NCBI GenBank assembly: GCA_965219385.1
Contig: CBDCNM010000002.1
Coordinates: 1,668,936-1,732,935 of the forward strand
Reading direction: 5' to 3'
DNA from: Candidatus Latescibacterota bacterium
Lineage (GTDB): Bacteria; Latescibacterota; UBA2968; UBA8231
Length of the DNA stretch: 64,000 nucleotides
Part shown: positions 39,962-49,094 of the stretch, piece by piece
How the letters are laid out: the number at the start of each line of letters is the position of its first letter
How positions within the stretch are numbered: position 1 is the stretch's first letter
Program-made: the position numbers and the translations under genes
Notes under the pieces: generated by a model
The model's input: only the letters and a program-made list of their open reading frames with translations
What the model was told of the DNA's origin: nothing
Databases searched by the model: none

Positions 39962-40102
39962 GTGGTTGGGAGATCTGCCGGGCCCAGCAAAATTACATCT
40001 CCGCTGCGATCTTATCAAGAGGGTTGCTGGTGTTGCGCAACTTGCAGCAAGGAGATTTTTCTTTTGGCGGGATGCGATGCGGAGCAATCTACAGCATCGC
40101 TC

Positions 40103-41266
40103 TCAGCCGACGGTCTGTTCGAATACCCGCAGGGCATTGCCGCCCAGGATTTTTTCGGCGTCCTCTTTGCTGTAGCCGTGTTGGAGCAGGGCGCCGGTAA
40201 ACTCGCGCCACTGGGGCACGTTCTGGAAGTGCGACGACAGGGCCACGTGGTCAATGCCCGCCAGATCGACGGCGCGGTTGATGTTTTCCAGGTCCAGTTT
40301 GGTGTTCCAGACTTCGGCGTCGGTGAGCTTGGCCGCGGCCAAGTCGAAGGGGTCGGGGAACTGTTCCCGCAAGCGGCGGTCGCGGTCCAGGCGCGCCTGC
40401 CGGGCCTCGGGGCCGGGGCGAGGAGCCGGGGCGAGGATGCCGACCACGCCCCCGGTGGCGGCGATGGCTTTGATCAACTCGTCGGGCAGGTCGCGCTCGC
40501 TGTCGCTGAGGGCGCGGCACTTGGAATGGGTGGCGATGAGGGGCCCGGAACACACCTCGAGGGCGTCCCAACAGGTCTGGTCCGAGGCGTGCGAAAGATC
40601 CACCAGCATGCCCAGCTCATTACAGGTGCGGACCACCTGGCGGCCGAAGTCGGAAAGCCCGGTTTTTTGGTTGAGGACCGAGCTGGAGTCGGCCCAGTTG
40701 AGGGCGGCCAGGTGGCACAGGGCCATGACGCGGATGCCCCACTGATGGTATTGTTGCAGGACGGTCAGATCGTCGTTGATCCAGCCGCTTTTGAGCATCA
40801 GCACCAGGGCGATCCTGCCGCGTTCGACCGCGCGGCGCACTTCGGCGGCGCTTTGGGCCACTTCGATGTAGCGGCTGTAGCGCCGGGCAAAGAGGAGGTG
40901 CTCGTCAATGCCCTGTTTGACGCGCTCGACGATCTCGGGGCCCTGGAAGAGGTCCTTCCATATGCCCTGATACTGCGCCGGGGCGGCAGAGGGGTCGGGG
41001 TAGAAGAGTTCCTCGGCGGAGATGGCCTGGAAGACTACATTGACGCCGCCGCGTTTCAAATCCAGCAAATCCACGGCGGCGGAATAGGCGTCGACCACGG
41101 TGAACCGACGATGCAACTCATCCCCTTCTTTGGGCTGGTACACCGATTCGACAACAGGACGCGTGGTCGGGTCGAGGCGGCCGATTGTGGTGCCCAGGTC
41201 CAGCCCCAGCAGGGAGGCGATGCGCCAGTGCAGGTAGCGGGTCTTTTGCCTTTTTCCGCGTTTCAT
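40103..41266 (-). CDS. Membrane dipeptidase (peptidase M19) family amidohydrolase-like protein
   Basis: 'GLSDFGRQVV..CNELGMLVDLSH', 'ATHS', 'RDLPDE.IKAIA.TGGVVG', 'KILGGNALRV'. Several metal ligands look substituted (DAYS for DxHxD, KSG for EG). Confidence 0.8.
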   Translation of the reverse strand: MKRGKRQKTRYLHWRIASLLGLDLGTTIGRLDPTTRPVVESVYQPKEGDELHRRFTVVDAYSAAVDLLDLKRGGVNVVFQAISAEELFYPDPSAAPAQYQGIWKDLFQGPEIVERVKQGIDEHLLFARRYSRYIEVAQSAAEVRRAVERGRIALVLMLKSGWINDDLTVLQQYHQWGIRVMALCHLAALNWADSSSVLNQKTGLSDFGRQVVRTCNELGMLVDLSHASDQTCWDALEVCSGPLIATHSKCRALSDSERDLPDELIKAIAATGGVVGILAPAPRPGPEARQARLDRDRRLREQFPDPFDLAAAKLTDAEVWNTKLDLENINRAVDLAGIDHVALSSHFQNVPQWREFTGALLQHGYSKEDAEKILGGNALRVFEQTVG

Positions 41267-41339
41267 AAGCTGTCAACCATCCGCGGGCGGCATGGTGTTC
41301 CAGATGTCGCGGTGTAGTTTACGGTTGTTGCGAAACGAG

Positions 41340-41498
41340 TTAATGGTTTGAGAAGGCTTGAGGATTGTGATCAATATCAATCCCCGCGCTCACGTTTATG
41401 TTGGCCTGCTGGGGACCGTGCGTCATGCCGCCAATGCCGCAGAACAGATCAACGGCGGGTATAGCACTTGGGCTGTCTCTTTTGATGATACGTTCATG
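41340..41498 (-). pseudogene. C5-cytosine DNA methyltransferase N-terminal relic
   Basis: 'AVDLFCGIGGMTHG.QQANINV.AGIDID' is motif I-II, followed by a stop. Confidence 0.75.
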
Positions 41499-41502
41499 GC
41501 GA

Positions 41503-41913
41503 TCACTGTTTGAACTGCCAGCGTTTGATGTCGTCAAATCGGTCAAAGTCCTTATCAAATGTCGCCACATGGTCGCCGGATGCCGCAGCGAGGGCAGCCA
41601 AGTAACAATCCAGAAAGTCGCATTTTGTCGACGCCAAGCGATGCAAAGCGTCGAGCATTTCATCTTGCTTCATACAGCGTACACCGGCACTAATGATGAC
41701 CTTCCGCAGCCATTCTGCAATCTGTTCGCGCTCGGTCTGGTAGAAGGAATTGAGCACCCACACCACTTCGGCAACAGCCACTTCGGTTAATATCAGCACA
41801 CATTTTCCATCGCAAGCGTCCGAAAATAGTGCCCGAGCAGCCGGGGAGTGCTGGGCATCGTCGCCGCGTAGAAAACGGAGGAGGACATTGGCGTCTAAAA
41901 GATACTTGATCAT
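41503..41913 (-). CDS. vapC: PIN-domain toxin (VapC family)
   Basis: 'LLDANVLLR', 'VAEVVWVL', 'DFLDCYL', 'TFDKDF'. Confidence 0.9.
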   Translation of the reverse strand: MIKYLLDANVLLRFLRGDDAQHSPAARALFSDACDGKCVLILTEVAVAEVVWVLNSFYQTEREQIAEWLRKVIISAGVRCMKQDEMLDALHRLASTKCDFLDCYLAALAAASGDHVATFDKDFDRFDDIKRWQFKQ

Positions 41914-42152
41914 TCGTATCTGGCCGCTCTTGCCTTGCGTGCTGCTTCTCGTTCCTCGGATTTGGACGCAGAGGGCTTGTCATCTGCAAGACAGCCATAC
42001 AGATCCTTGAGCGTTTCGGGCTGGGGCTTCACCAAAACGGCACCGTCAGCCAACTCATAGATGAGCTGCTGCCGAGGCTTGAGGTGGAGCGCCTTGCGGA
42101 CTTCGGCCGGGATGGTGGTTTGCCATTTATCGGTTAAAGTTGACTTGATCAC
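41910..42152 (-). CDS. vapB: AbrB/MazE-type antitoxin (VapB)
   Basis: 'STLT.K.QTTIP.EVRKALHL.P...L.Y'. RBS AAGGAGG. Stop overlaps the vapC start. Confidence 0.88.
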   Translation of the reverse strand: MIKSTLTDKWQTTIPAEVRKALHLKPRQQLIYELADGAVLVKPQPETLKDLYGCLADDKPSASKSEEREAARKARAARYE

Positions 42153-42185
42153 TGGTCCACCTCCTTTTCATTGTTTTTATGAATC

Positions 42186-42222
42186 CATTGTGTTAAATAT
42201 AACAATGTAAATCCGGTCCGCA
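42186..42222 (-). promoter_or_regulatory. vapBC promoter with overlapping inverted-repeat operator
   Basis: Minus strand TTGCGG-16 bp-TATATT with an extended TG. The CATTGT...ACAATG inverted repeat (42186-42207) spans the -10. Confidence 0.45.
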
Positions 42223-42236
42223 AGGCATCAACAAGC

Positions 42237-42506
42237 TCAACGATACACTTCACTCCTGTGGCCAATCTTCACAATGAGGATGAGAAGGGCATCGTCCTTG
42301 ATGTGGCTGATTACGCGATAAGCGCCCACGCGGTATTTCCAGAACTCGCCTAACTTGGAACCCTTGAGGGCTTCGCCAATGCTGCGCGGATCGTCCAGCC
42401 TAGCAACACGGTCATGCAAAAATCTCAGAATCCGCCTTGCTGCCTGTCGATCTATTCTTCTCAATTCACGCTCGGCGTCCCTGGCAAGCTCAATCTGCCA
42501 GGCCAT
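42237..42506 (-). CDS. relE: RelE/ParE family toxin
   Basis: 'AERELRRID.....RI..FL..R.....DPRSIGEALKG...GEFWKYRVG.YR.I......LI.IVKIGHRSEVYR'. Confidence 0.93.
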   Translation of the reverse strand: MAWQIELARDAERELRRIDRQAARRILRFLHDRVARLDDPRSIGEALKGSKLGEFWKYRVGAYRVISHIKDDALLILIVKIGHRSEVYR

Positions 42507-42720
42507 GCTCATTCATGACTTTCTCAAGAGGCACGGTCTGAGATTTCCCTTCGTGAATATCCTTCAGTCGTTGTTCGGCAAGATGCAAGTCTTCGAGGTC
42601 GTCCAGATACTCTCGGATAGCCTCAATCATATATTCGGTTTCGCTGCGTCCCGTGCGGGCAGCCAGTTTTTGTAGCCGTTCAAAAACTGTATCGGGCAAC
42701 TGAAAAGCTACTCGGCTCAT
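42490..42720 (-). CDS. Ribbon-helix-helix antitoxin (RelB/CopG-like)
   Basis: 'LP..V.ERL..LA.RTGRS...Y..EAI.EYLDDLEDL.LAE.RL.....G...TVPL..V'. Overlaps relE. Confidence 0.88.
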   Translation of the reverse strand: MSRVAFQLPDTVFERLQKLAARTGRSETEYMIEAIREYLDDLEDLHLAEQRLKDIHEGKSQTVPLEKVMNEHGLAD

Positions 42721-42974
42721 GTCGTTTCTCCTATGGGTTATCTACTAATCGTCTCGTGTCAACTTGCTGGACTTGACCCCGTTCAGCGGTCACTATTCAC
42801 TGAACTCAAGCGTCCCCAAGGCGGAACAATTATATATCTCCCAGCAGCCGTGTTGTATCAACATTGGTATGTTCCTCAAGCAGTTCACGAAATGCCGCCA
42901 GTACTCTCAGGACTTCGCGACAGTCTTCGGGGCGTTCGGAATAGAATAATTGTCCAACTTGAGAAAGAGGATGT

Positions 42975-43244
42975 TCATAGCTCCTGCTCGGAGCGGTCAC
43001 GAGGTTTCGCTTGGCCGAGCACCAGCGGGTAAAGGCGGGCCGGGGCGACCGTCACACCCTCGATGCGGTTGGAGGATTCAGTGCTCTGAATGATGGCCGT
43101 GTCGCGGAGCGCTTTGAGGGCTTGTGGCGACTGGCGTGTGAATAGCTCCTGTTTTCCCCTCGACTCGGCGATATCGTTGAGCAGCCACACCGTACTCAGA
43201 GGTATTTCATGGTCGCGCAGGCGGTTGTTGCGAAAAGAATTCAT
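42975..43244 (-). pseudogene. Fic family protein, N-terminal fragment only
   Basis: 'IAE.RGKQELF..QSP..L..L...A.IQSTESSNRIEG.......L..L......PR.RSEQE'. Stops before the HPFxDGNGR motif. Confidence 0.8.
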
Positions 43245-44854
43245 GAACGGTTTGCTCTAAGATCCTTTGACCAAGTATGCCGAACAAACTCATCTGGATC
43301 AGATAGAAGCGCGAACAGATAAACTGTAGCCAGATCAGGGAGGACATTGCTTACTTCGCATGAATGAATGGCTAGAAGACACTCATATGTGTGGCCCATC
43401 ATCCGATAGCCATGCAATGAATTACGTATCCCATGAACTAGCTCTGCCGTGAAATCTTCAAACGTATTCCGGGGGTCGCGATCAACGTACTTGCCTGAAG
43501 CCTTGTCGAATCTCTTGAGCTGAATCAGTTCTCGATCCTGGTCTAACCGATCCTTACTCCAAACTCCCTCCACTGCCTGTTGGACAGTGCGATCGTAGAT
43601 CTCTTCGCCTCTTGCGACTATGTAGGTGCGGAATCGACTGGGCATATGGGCCATTAGCGGTTCGAGACGACCTTTGAAGTGGGACTTCTTGAGCAGGCGG
43701 AGGTAAGTCCTTTCGCGCTTTCCGAGATCAACTTTCTTGGCACTGAGAGTCGCGTACTTATCCAATATGTCAAAGAAGAGTTGTTTTCGCACATAGGTGT
43801 CCTGCTCTGTGTTAACCGTGATTGTCTCTGAAACGATCCGGTCGATGGTGAGATAGAACTGTCTTTGTTTGATGAAATCTATCGATTTGTCGTCTTTCAA
43901 GAATAAAATCGGATTGATGAGCGATAGGTAGAGTGCGTTGATTCTTTCTACTGTCCACTCGACAAGCTTATCTATGTCTTCGCCGCGCCATCGCGTCACA
44001 TGTCGGAGGCGGGTGTCTTCCAACTTAGTCCTTAGGTCCTGCTCATTGGCTGTCATGTCCTGTATAGTCAAATGTGGCTCTAGCATCCTCTTTGCTCGGA
44101 GTACGTCGTCCAGCAGCGACCGCATCGTGGCCTTTTCGCGAATTTTCAGCACAGGGTGACACTGGAAGACGAGTAAGAAGCTGAACCGCTCGGCCACAAA
44201 GCCATACACGTTGGGATGAAACCCATTGAGCACGGCCCGTAGGACATTGCCGCCTAACCCTAGTCTACTTCCTTGCCCTGCGGCAATGCTCCGACGCTTG
44301 TTCCTTCTGATTTCTGGTATGGAGTACACCCCTGAAATGCCTATCAAGTCGATTGCCTGCAGAAGAGTCCCGAGTCCTTCATTAATCCGAATAATGTGAA
44401 TCCGGCCTTTCGGATATGCTGCCAGAAAGGCTGGAACAACTATTTTTCGCAACAGCGGCACGTAGTCCGAGTGACTCGTACGGAACAGAAGACTATCGAT
44501 CCAAAAGAGTTTCTTGTAGCCTCTAGTCTTTTCGATAGTTTCCTTATAGGAGTCACTATTGTACGAAAGCACCTGTGGACGGGCTTTCTCAAGATCCCAC
44601 CAATAACCATCTAACGATGAGAAGATGTTGATATCGTGCATGTTGGCCGCTGTGATGGACCCTGAGTAAACGAACACTCCCTGTTGTCGGACAGAGTCCT
44701 TCAGTTTTACCCAAACACTCGTACTATCTTCATGGAAATCGTATAGACCTGTCTTCGCTAGCTCCATCTTGAATCCCTCAATGGCCCACGTTGCAGGATG
44801 CACCAGTCGGCCGTATCCCATGTCGGCCCACGTTGCCGAAATGATTCCGGTCAC
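43241..44854 (-). CDS. Hypothetical protein with C-terminal HEPN-like helical region (start uncertain)
   Basis: 537-aa AT-richer ORF in the defence island, with 'IRNSLHGY' near the C-terminus. Confidence 0.65.
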   Translation of the reverse strand: MTGIISATWADMGYGRLVHPATWAIEGFKMELAKTGLYDFHEDSTSVWVKLKDSVRQQGVFVYSGSITAANMHDINIFSSLDGYWWDLEKARPQVLSYNSDSYKETIEKTRGYKKLFWIDSLLFRTSHSDYVPLLRKIVVPAFLAAYPKGRIHIIRINEGLGTLLQAIDLIGISGVYSIPEIRRNKRRSIAAGQGSRLGLGGNVLRAVLNGFHPNVYGFVAERFSFLLVFQCHPVLKIREKATMRSLLDDVLRAKRMLEPHLTIQDMTANEQDLRTKLEDTRLRHVTRWRGEDIDKLVEWTVERINALYLSLINPILFLKDDKSIDFIKQRQFYLTIDRIVSETITVNTEQDTYVRKQLFFDILDKYATLSAKKVDLGKRERTYLRLLKKSHFKGRLEPLMAHMPSRFRTYIVARGEEIYDRTVQQAVEGVWSKDRLDQDRELIQLKRFDKASGKYVDRDPRNTFEDFTAELVHGIRNSLHGYRMMGHTYECLLAIHSCEVSNVLPDLATVYLFALLSDPDEFVRHTWSKDLRANRS

Positions 44855-44939
44855 TTTATCACCTCATCTTCCAAGGGAATGCGGCCAATCAAGCGGACGA
44901 ACGAGTGTTGGTAATATCAAGACGATCATTATTTATAAA

Positions 44940-46148
44940 TTACTCAGGGAGTGGACAGATTCCATTTACTTCAAGAATTGAAGACTCAACATTCGTATAA
45001 ATCTGGCGACGGCTACCTTTAAAACTGATCTGTAGCTGATTTAGCTCCAGAAGTTCCAAATCTAATTTGAGTATATCTTCCACCGTATTTGAAAGTTTCA
45101 AGTAGAGAACTGAAGTCAAACGAGCAAACTTCTTGAATCTCTCCACTGTTTGCCCAAAAGATCGATAGATATCCAAAATTGGTGATTCTTGTATTTGTAG
45201 TCCAGGCCCATATGTTGAACCTCCGTGAGAAATAAAAGATTCTAGCAAGGAGTTATCTGTGAGCCCTGCAAAACCTGATTGATTTTGAAAAATTTTTTCA
45301 TTAAGTAAGATCCTCCTTGCACGAATTTCGGCAATCTGATCCGATGAAATATTATTGAATGATACATTATCAAAGGGGCCGAAATTTTGTTTGTTGTCTT
45401 CTTCCGTTAGAACAATTTTCCAAACAGTTTGAGATCCAGATGTAGCTTGAGTAGCATCCTTTGGTCTTACCCACGCAGCATCTTCCTTGTGTGCAAAGGC
45501 AATAATTTTTCCCTGAGTAAATTGATTACTGATACTATTCCTTAATGAATGGAGAAAGGTAGTTTCTTCGGATGATTCTGGGAGAAGATCAAGATTAATT
45601 TCTGTCGGACTCCAGTGTGCATTTTGTGCAGGAATGAAATACGATTTTCCATCCTCCAGATGCAATAGTATAAATTCGCCATAATCGCTCTTGACCTCGG
45701 TGGAAGTTGATATATCAGGCGACGTTACCTGCGATGTATCTCCCGATAGCTTGTAGACTAAAGCCTGATAAATTTCTTCAATTTTCATTGAACGCAAATC
45801 AAGATATCCGACTGTCCGCAAAATTCCCGGAATCTCTGTATCATCAAGACGGACTGGAAGAATATACTCCTTATTTTCCTCAAATGCCCTTGCCTGAGCA
45901 TTCTGTCGTTCATGGTTCGTCCACAACTTCCGTATATAGTTTTCGGATAGGAACATGACACAATAACGTGCCTGATCCTTGTAAACTGATGAAAAGTGAT
46001 CATAGAGATTCTTGCCCCAAAGTTTCGCTGGCTCATATTCATCATAGAAGACTAAATATTCTCCTTTTTTGAGAAGATCTGCTAGCTCCTTGGCATGTTG
46101 TCGATCTTCTCCCGCGAAAGACAAGACAACATCATACTCTTTGGACAT
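44940..46148 (-). CDS. TIR domain-containing protein with unknown C-terminal domain
   Basis: 'YDVVLSFAGEDR', 'VFYDE......WG..L', 'MFLSENY..K.WT.HE' (catalytic Glu position), 'ILPVRLD'. Confidence 0.9.
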   Translation of the reverse strand: MSKEYDVVLSFAGEDRQHAKELADLLKKGEYLVFYDEYEPAKLWGKNLYDHFSSVYKDQARYCVMFLSENYIRKLWTNHERQNAQARAFEENKEYILPVRLDDTEIPGILRTVGYLDLRSMKIEEIYQALVYKLSGDTSQVTSPDISTSTEVKSDYGEFILLHLEDGKSYFIPAQNAHWSPTEINLDLLPESSEETTFLHSLRNSISNQFTQGKIIAFAHKEDAAWVRPKDATQATSGSQTVWKIVLTEEDNKQNFGPFDNVSFNNISSDQIAEIRARRILLNEKIFQNQSGFAGLTDNSLLESFISHGGSTYGPGLQIQESPILDIYRSFGQTVERFKKFARLTSVLYLKLSNTVEDILKLDLELLELNQLQISFKGSRRQIYTNVESSILEVNGICPLPE

Positions 46149-46224
46149 TTCTCAAACACTCCTTCACTATGTTTTGAAATTTTGGCTGCGTAATCAGCGG
46201 CTTTAACCTGAGTTCATCTAAAGA

Positions 46225-46401
46225 TTAGTCCCCTTTCAAACGAGTGGATTCCTCCATCTTCTCTATCTCTTCCTCCGTCAGCCCATACAGCGCATACACC
46301 AACCGGTCTATCTCCGCTTCCTGCTCACCGGTGTCCGCCAACGGGTCGGCCGCTTTGGCCGTCAGAATGCGGTCAACCAAGCGGATGGACGAGTTCCTCA
46401 T
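46225..46401 (-). repeat. Orphan copy A of the RM/MTase gene 3' end (58-aa ORF MRNSS-IRLVDRILTAK...YGLTEEEIEKMEESTRLKGD)
   Basis: 103/114 nt identical, by hand alignment, to the gene's own tail at ~49128-49241. Confidence 0.9.
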
Positions 46402-46410
46402 CTGCCAACC

Positions 46411-46563
46411 CTACCGCCCTTCCACCGCTGCGGTCTCTTCCTCCAGCCCATACAGCGCATAGACCAGCCGGTCTATCTCCGCTTCCTGCTCGCCGGTGCC
46501 CGCCGACGGGTCGGCGACTTTGGCCGTCAGGATGCGGTCAATCAAGTGGATGAATGGTTGCAA
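46411..46563 (-). repeat. Orphan copy B of the RM/MTase gene 3' end (QPFIHLIDRILTAK...YGLEEETAAVEGR*)
   Basis: 99/111 nt identical, by hand alignment, to the gene's own tail at ~49134-49244. Confidence 0.9.
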
Positions 46564-46654
46564 TGCCTGACGGCTTCTAAATCGGTTGACGCTTGGTCAT
46601 TTCATCGTAAGTTACACAAGCCTACTTACACCTCGTAACTCGTAATCCCGTTTA

Positions 46655-47080
46655 TCATTGGACGAAAGATCGGTGTTCTTCAGGTCTGACGTATCGCCAG
46701 GACTGAGGGACGACGAAATTCGGGAATTGGTTCCTTAGCTCGTTCAGACCAACTGGGTTTTCGTATTTCCAAACATTCGTGATTTCCAAAGCATAAGCAA
46801 TGGTCCGCCCCGCATAATAGATGTCAAAAGCCCGTTTATCAACGCCCGCAAGTTCGGACACCTCATTCCAAACTTCCTCGGGCGATCCACTCCACACCTG
46901 TCCGACACGAAAACCGCCACGGAGTTGCCTGACCGGACTGGAAACGTAGATAAACACGTCGCGATTCTCCATATATGGAGTGATGCGCCTTCTTAGTTCA
47001 GCCTCCTTGAGCCCCTCAAAAACTAGGTCCGCATAGCAGGGTTTCAATGAAAAGAGTAAAGGTGCCGTTGCCGCGTTCAT
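46655..47080 (-). CDS. ASCH/PUA domain protein
   Basis: 'LFSLKP.YA.LVF.G.K.AELRR', 'IY.SSP.....G.F.V', 'PQSWRY'. Start overlaps the upstream stop. Confidence 0.88.
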   Translation of the reverse strand: MNAATAPLLFSLKPCYADLVFEGLKEAELRRRITPYMENRDVFIYVSSPVRQLRGGFRVGQVWSGSPEEVWNEVSELAGVDKRAFDIYYAGRTIAYALEITNVWKYENPVGLNELRNQFPNFVVPQSWRYVRPEEHRSFVQ

Positions 47081-49092
47081 GACTGATCCGGGTATCCAAG
47101 TCGAAATAGTTTCCGGAATATTTTCATTGGTACATTTGATGGAGATTGCAGCGTTAGCCCAACTTCATCCTCCCTGAAGACATCTCGCAGCTTATCCAAC
47201 CAAACCGGATCTCGAAAAAGGAACGTGTGCGAAAATCTCAGTGCCATAATCTCTTTTGATAGATCACCACCACACAGGTCATAAACGTCTTTCCATTCCA
47301 GTATCCCAAATTTTTTGAATTTCTTGAAAAGCACTTTTGGAGTGTCTATCTCAACGGCGTCAAGATGGGATATAGCTACAATTTTTTTTCGGTCTCCGCT
47401 GACGTACCACAGAATCCGGGCAGGTGTCTTGAGCATATTATGGCGAGTTTTACGTCGATAATACACGTTATCCCAACGCAACAATACACTCTTCTTACCT
47501 CCGAAGAAATCGTTGGCCGATTGGTATCTATCAAAGAGGCTGATGGCGTAGCCTGGAAGAATTGGTATCAAAAAATAATCCTGGTCCACTGCCAAGCTCA
47601 AAGGTGAGCAATGTCGTTCAATCTCAAGACTCGACATATTCTGATAATTGCTTGAGGATTCAGGAGATAACTCGGAAATCTCACCTGAGACCTCTTCACG
47701 ATCAAGGCAACGCGAAAAGCAAAATCTCACGAAACTATCGTTACATTTTGTAAATCCCATCTCTAAAAGGTCCGTCACCAATCTGGCGGCGATGGCGGTT
47801 CCCTCGAATTTCACCATGTCAATGTTCTCGCTTACAGCTTTGTAAACAGTATCCGCGATCAAAAAGCGCTCGAATAGCAATCGGTCATTGGATCGCACGA
47901 CCCTACCCAAATGTACAGTAAGTGCGTTATCGTTACTATTTTCAAGAATTCGAACCGCGCATACCTCGCTGCCTGACCATAGAAGCTCGCACTCATACTG
48001 ATCAGGACTTGCAAGAAAATACTCCACCCTCTCCCGGAATTTACCTTGCCTTTCCCCTTGGTATAGGAAAGAGGCAAACGGGAAAGATGGGAGGTCACCG
48101 GAGGTCAGGCGACGCCATTCAAGACTGAAGCCCGACACGCGGGCGGGCACATAGGATTGTCTTTCGGAAATTTCGTGAAATTGAATGATCAACTCGGTCG
48201 GAGATAACACTTGAATCCTCGTCAGATCCACAATTGCATCTGCATTTTGTAAGAGGCGTCGGTCCCGAGTGACAAAAAAATTCACGTCGGAGGCAGCAGT
48301 CTTCGCCAATTGCCGAATATCGGATTTTTCACGCGGCATGCGGCTGGGAAGAATTTCCTTCAGATGTTCCTCAAAGTGTTCAGCCAATTGTGCGTCGTGT
48401 ACGATTTTTTGAAATCTGTAGGCTCTGTTTCGGGATTTTTCGCGCTGAACGGGATCGCTTTGCCGGTCAATTTCATTAAACAGTTCATCAGTGATACAAA
48501 TGTTGAGGGAATCTATTAAGAAGTCGGAGAGCAGAGCTTTGGATGGCTTTGATTTATCACTATCCGGCTCATTAAAATCGAAGAAGACTTGGGCATCTAT
48601 GATGATATCGAGAGTCTCATCTGATGTTTTTGCCTGAAAAAGGTCTAACTGGTCATCTGGGGCCAGAGTAAGGCACCAGAGCGTCAGAGGGAGTCCATCC
48701 TTGGATCTACCTGGCTTCTCATCTAAGGCCACGAACCCCAATTGGGGCCACATGTCATGCGCCGAAAAATCGCGGCGGCAATGAAGTTTTATGGCCTTCT
48801 GAGTAGTGGCAGACTCCTTTAAGGTGTTAACAAGTCGCCTTGCGATACTTTGGTGTTGGTATTGTTCCAACACGCAAAGTTGGAAAATACGAAAATAGTT
48901 TCGATTAGCTCCATAGAGGAGATAACCGATGAGTTGGTCGTCGTCGTTCTTGGCCCCCCAAACGCCGCCTTTTTCGAGATAATCACGAAGGGCTTCTCTG
49001 GGAAGAAAACCAAGCGTCTGACTGTAACGTTTCATCAGCTCGTCCACATCATCAATGTCAGCGGACGTTAGCTTTGGGATTGTTATATCCAT
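47077..49092 (-). CDS. GNAT-PIN-PUA(EVE/ASCH-like) multidomain protein
   Basis: N-terminal GNAT ('LIGYLLY', 'QLCV...Q.Q.IARRL', 'W..LGF'), PIN ('IIIDAQVF', 'E', 'SD...L', 'FVTRD') and C-terminal PUA-like ('IPI.PGYA..LF', 'VYYR', 'PARILWYVS'). Confidence 0.78.
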   Translation of the reverse strand: MDITIPKLTSADIDDVDELMKRYSQTLGFLPREALRDYLEKGGVWGAKNDDDQLIGYLLYGANRNYFRIFQLCVLEQYQHQSIARRLVNTLKESATTQKAIKLHCRRDFSAHDMWPQLGFVALDEKPGRSKDGLPLTLWCLTLAPDDQLDLFQAKTSDETLDIIIDAQVFFDFNEPDSDKSKPSKALLSDFLIDSLNICITDELFNEIDRQSDPVQREKSRNRAYRFQKIVHDAQLAEHFEEHLKEILPSRMPREKSDIRQLAKTAASDVNFFVTRDRRLLQNADAIVDLTRIQVLSPTELIIQFHEISERQSYVPARVSGFSLEWRRLTSGDLPSFPFASFLYQGERQGKFRERVEYFLASPDQYECELLWSGSEVCAVRILENSNDNALTVHLGRVVRSNDRLLFERFLIADTVYKAVSENIDMVKFEGTAIAARLVTDLLEMGFTKCNDSFVRFCFSRCLDREEVSGEISELSPESSSNYQNMSSLEIERHCSPLSLAVDQDYFLIPILPGYAISLFDRYQSANDFFGGKKSVLLRWDNVYYRRKTRHNMLKTPARILWYVSGDRKKIVAISHLDAVEIDTPKVLFKKFKKFGILEWKDVYDLCGGDLSKEIMALRFSHTFLFRDPVWLDKLRDVFREDEVGLTLQSPSNVPMKIFRKLFRLGYPDQS

Positions 49093-49094
49093 AC

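Noticed and set aside
46225..46563. Tandem repeats as a CRISPR array or DGR template/variable repeat
   Set aside because: The units are ~110-bp coding fragments with no spacers or cas genes. The mismatches are not adenine-specific, and there is no reverse transcriptase.
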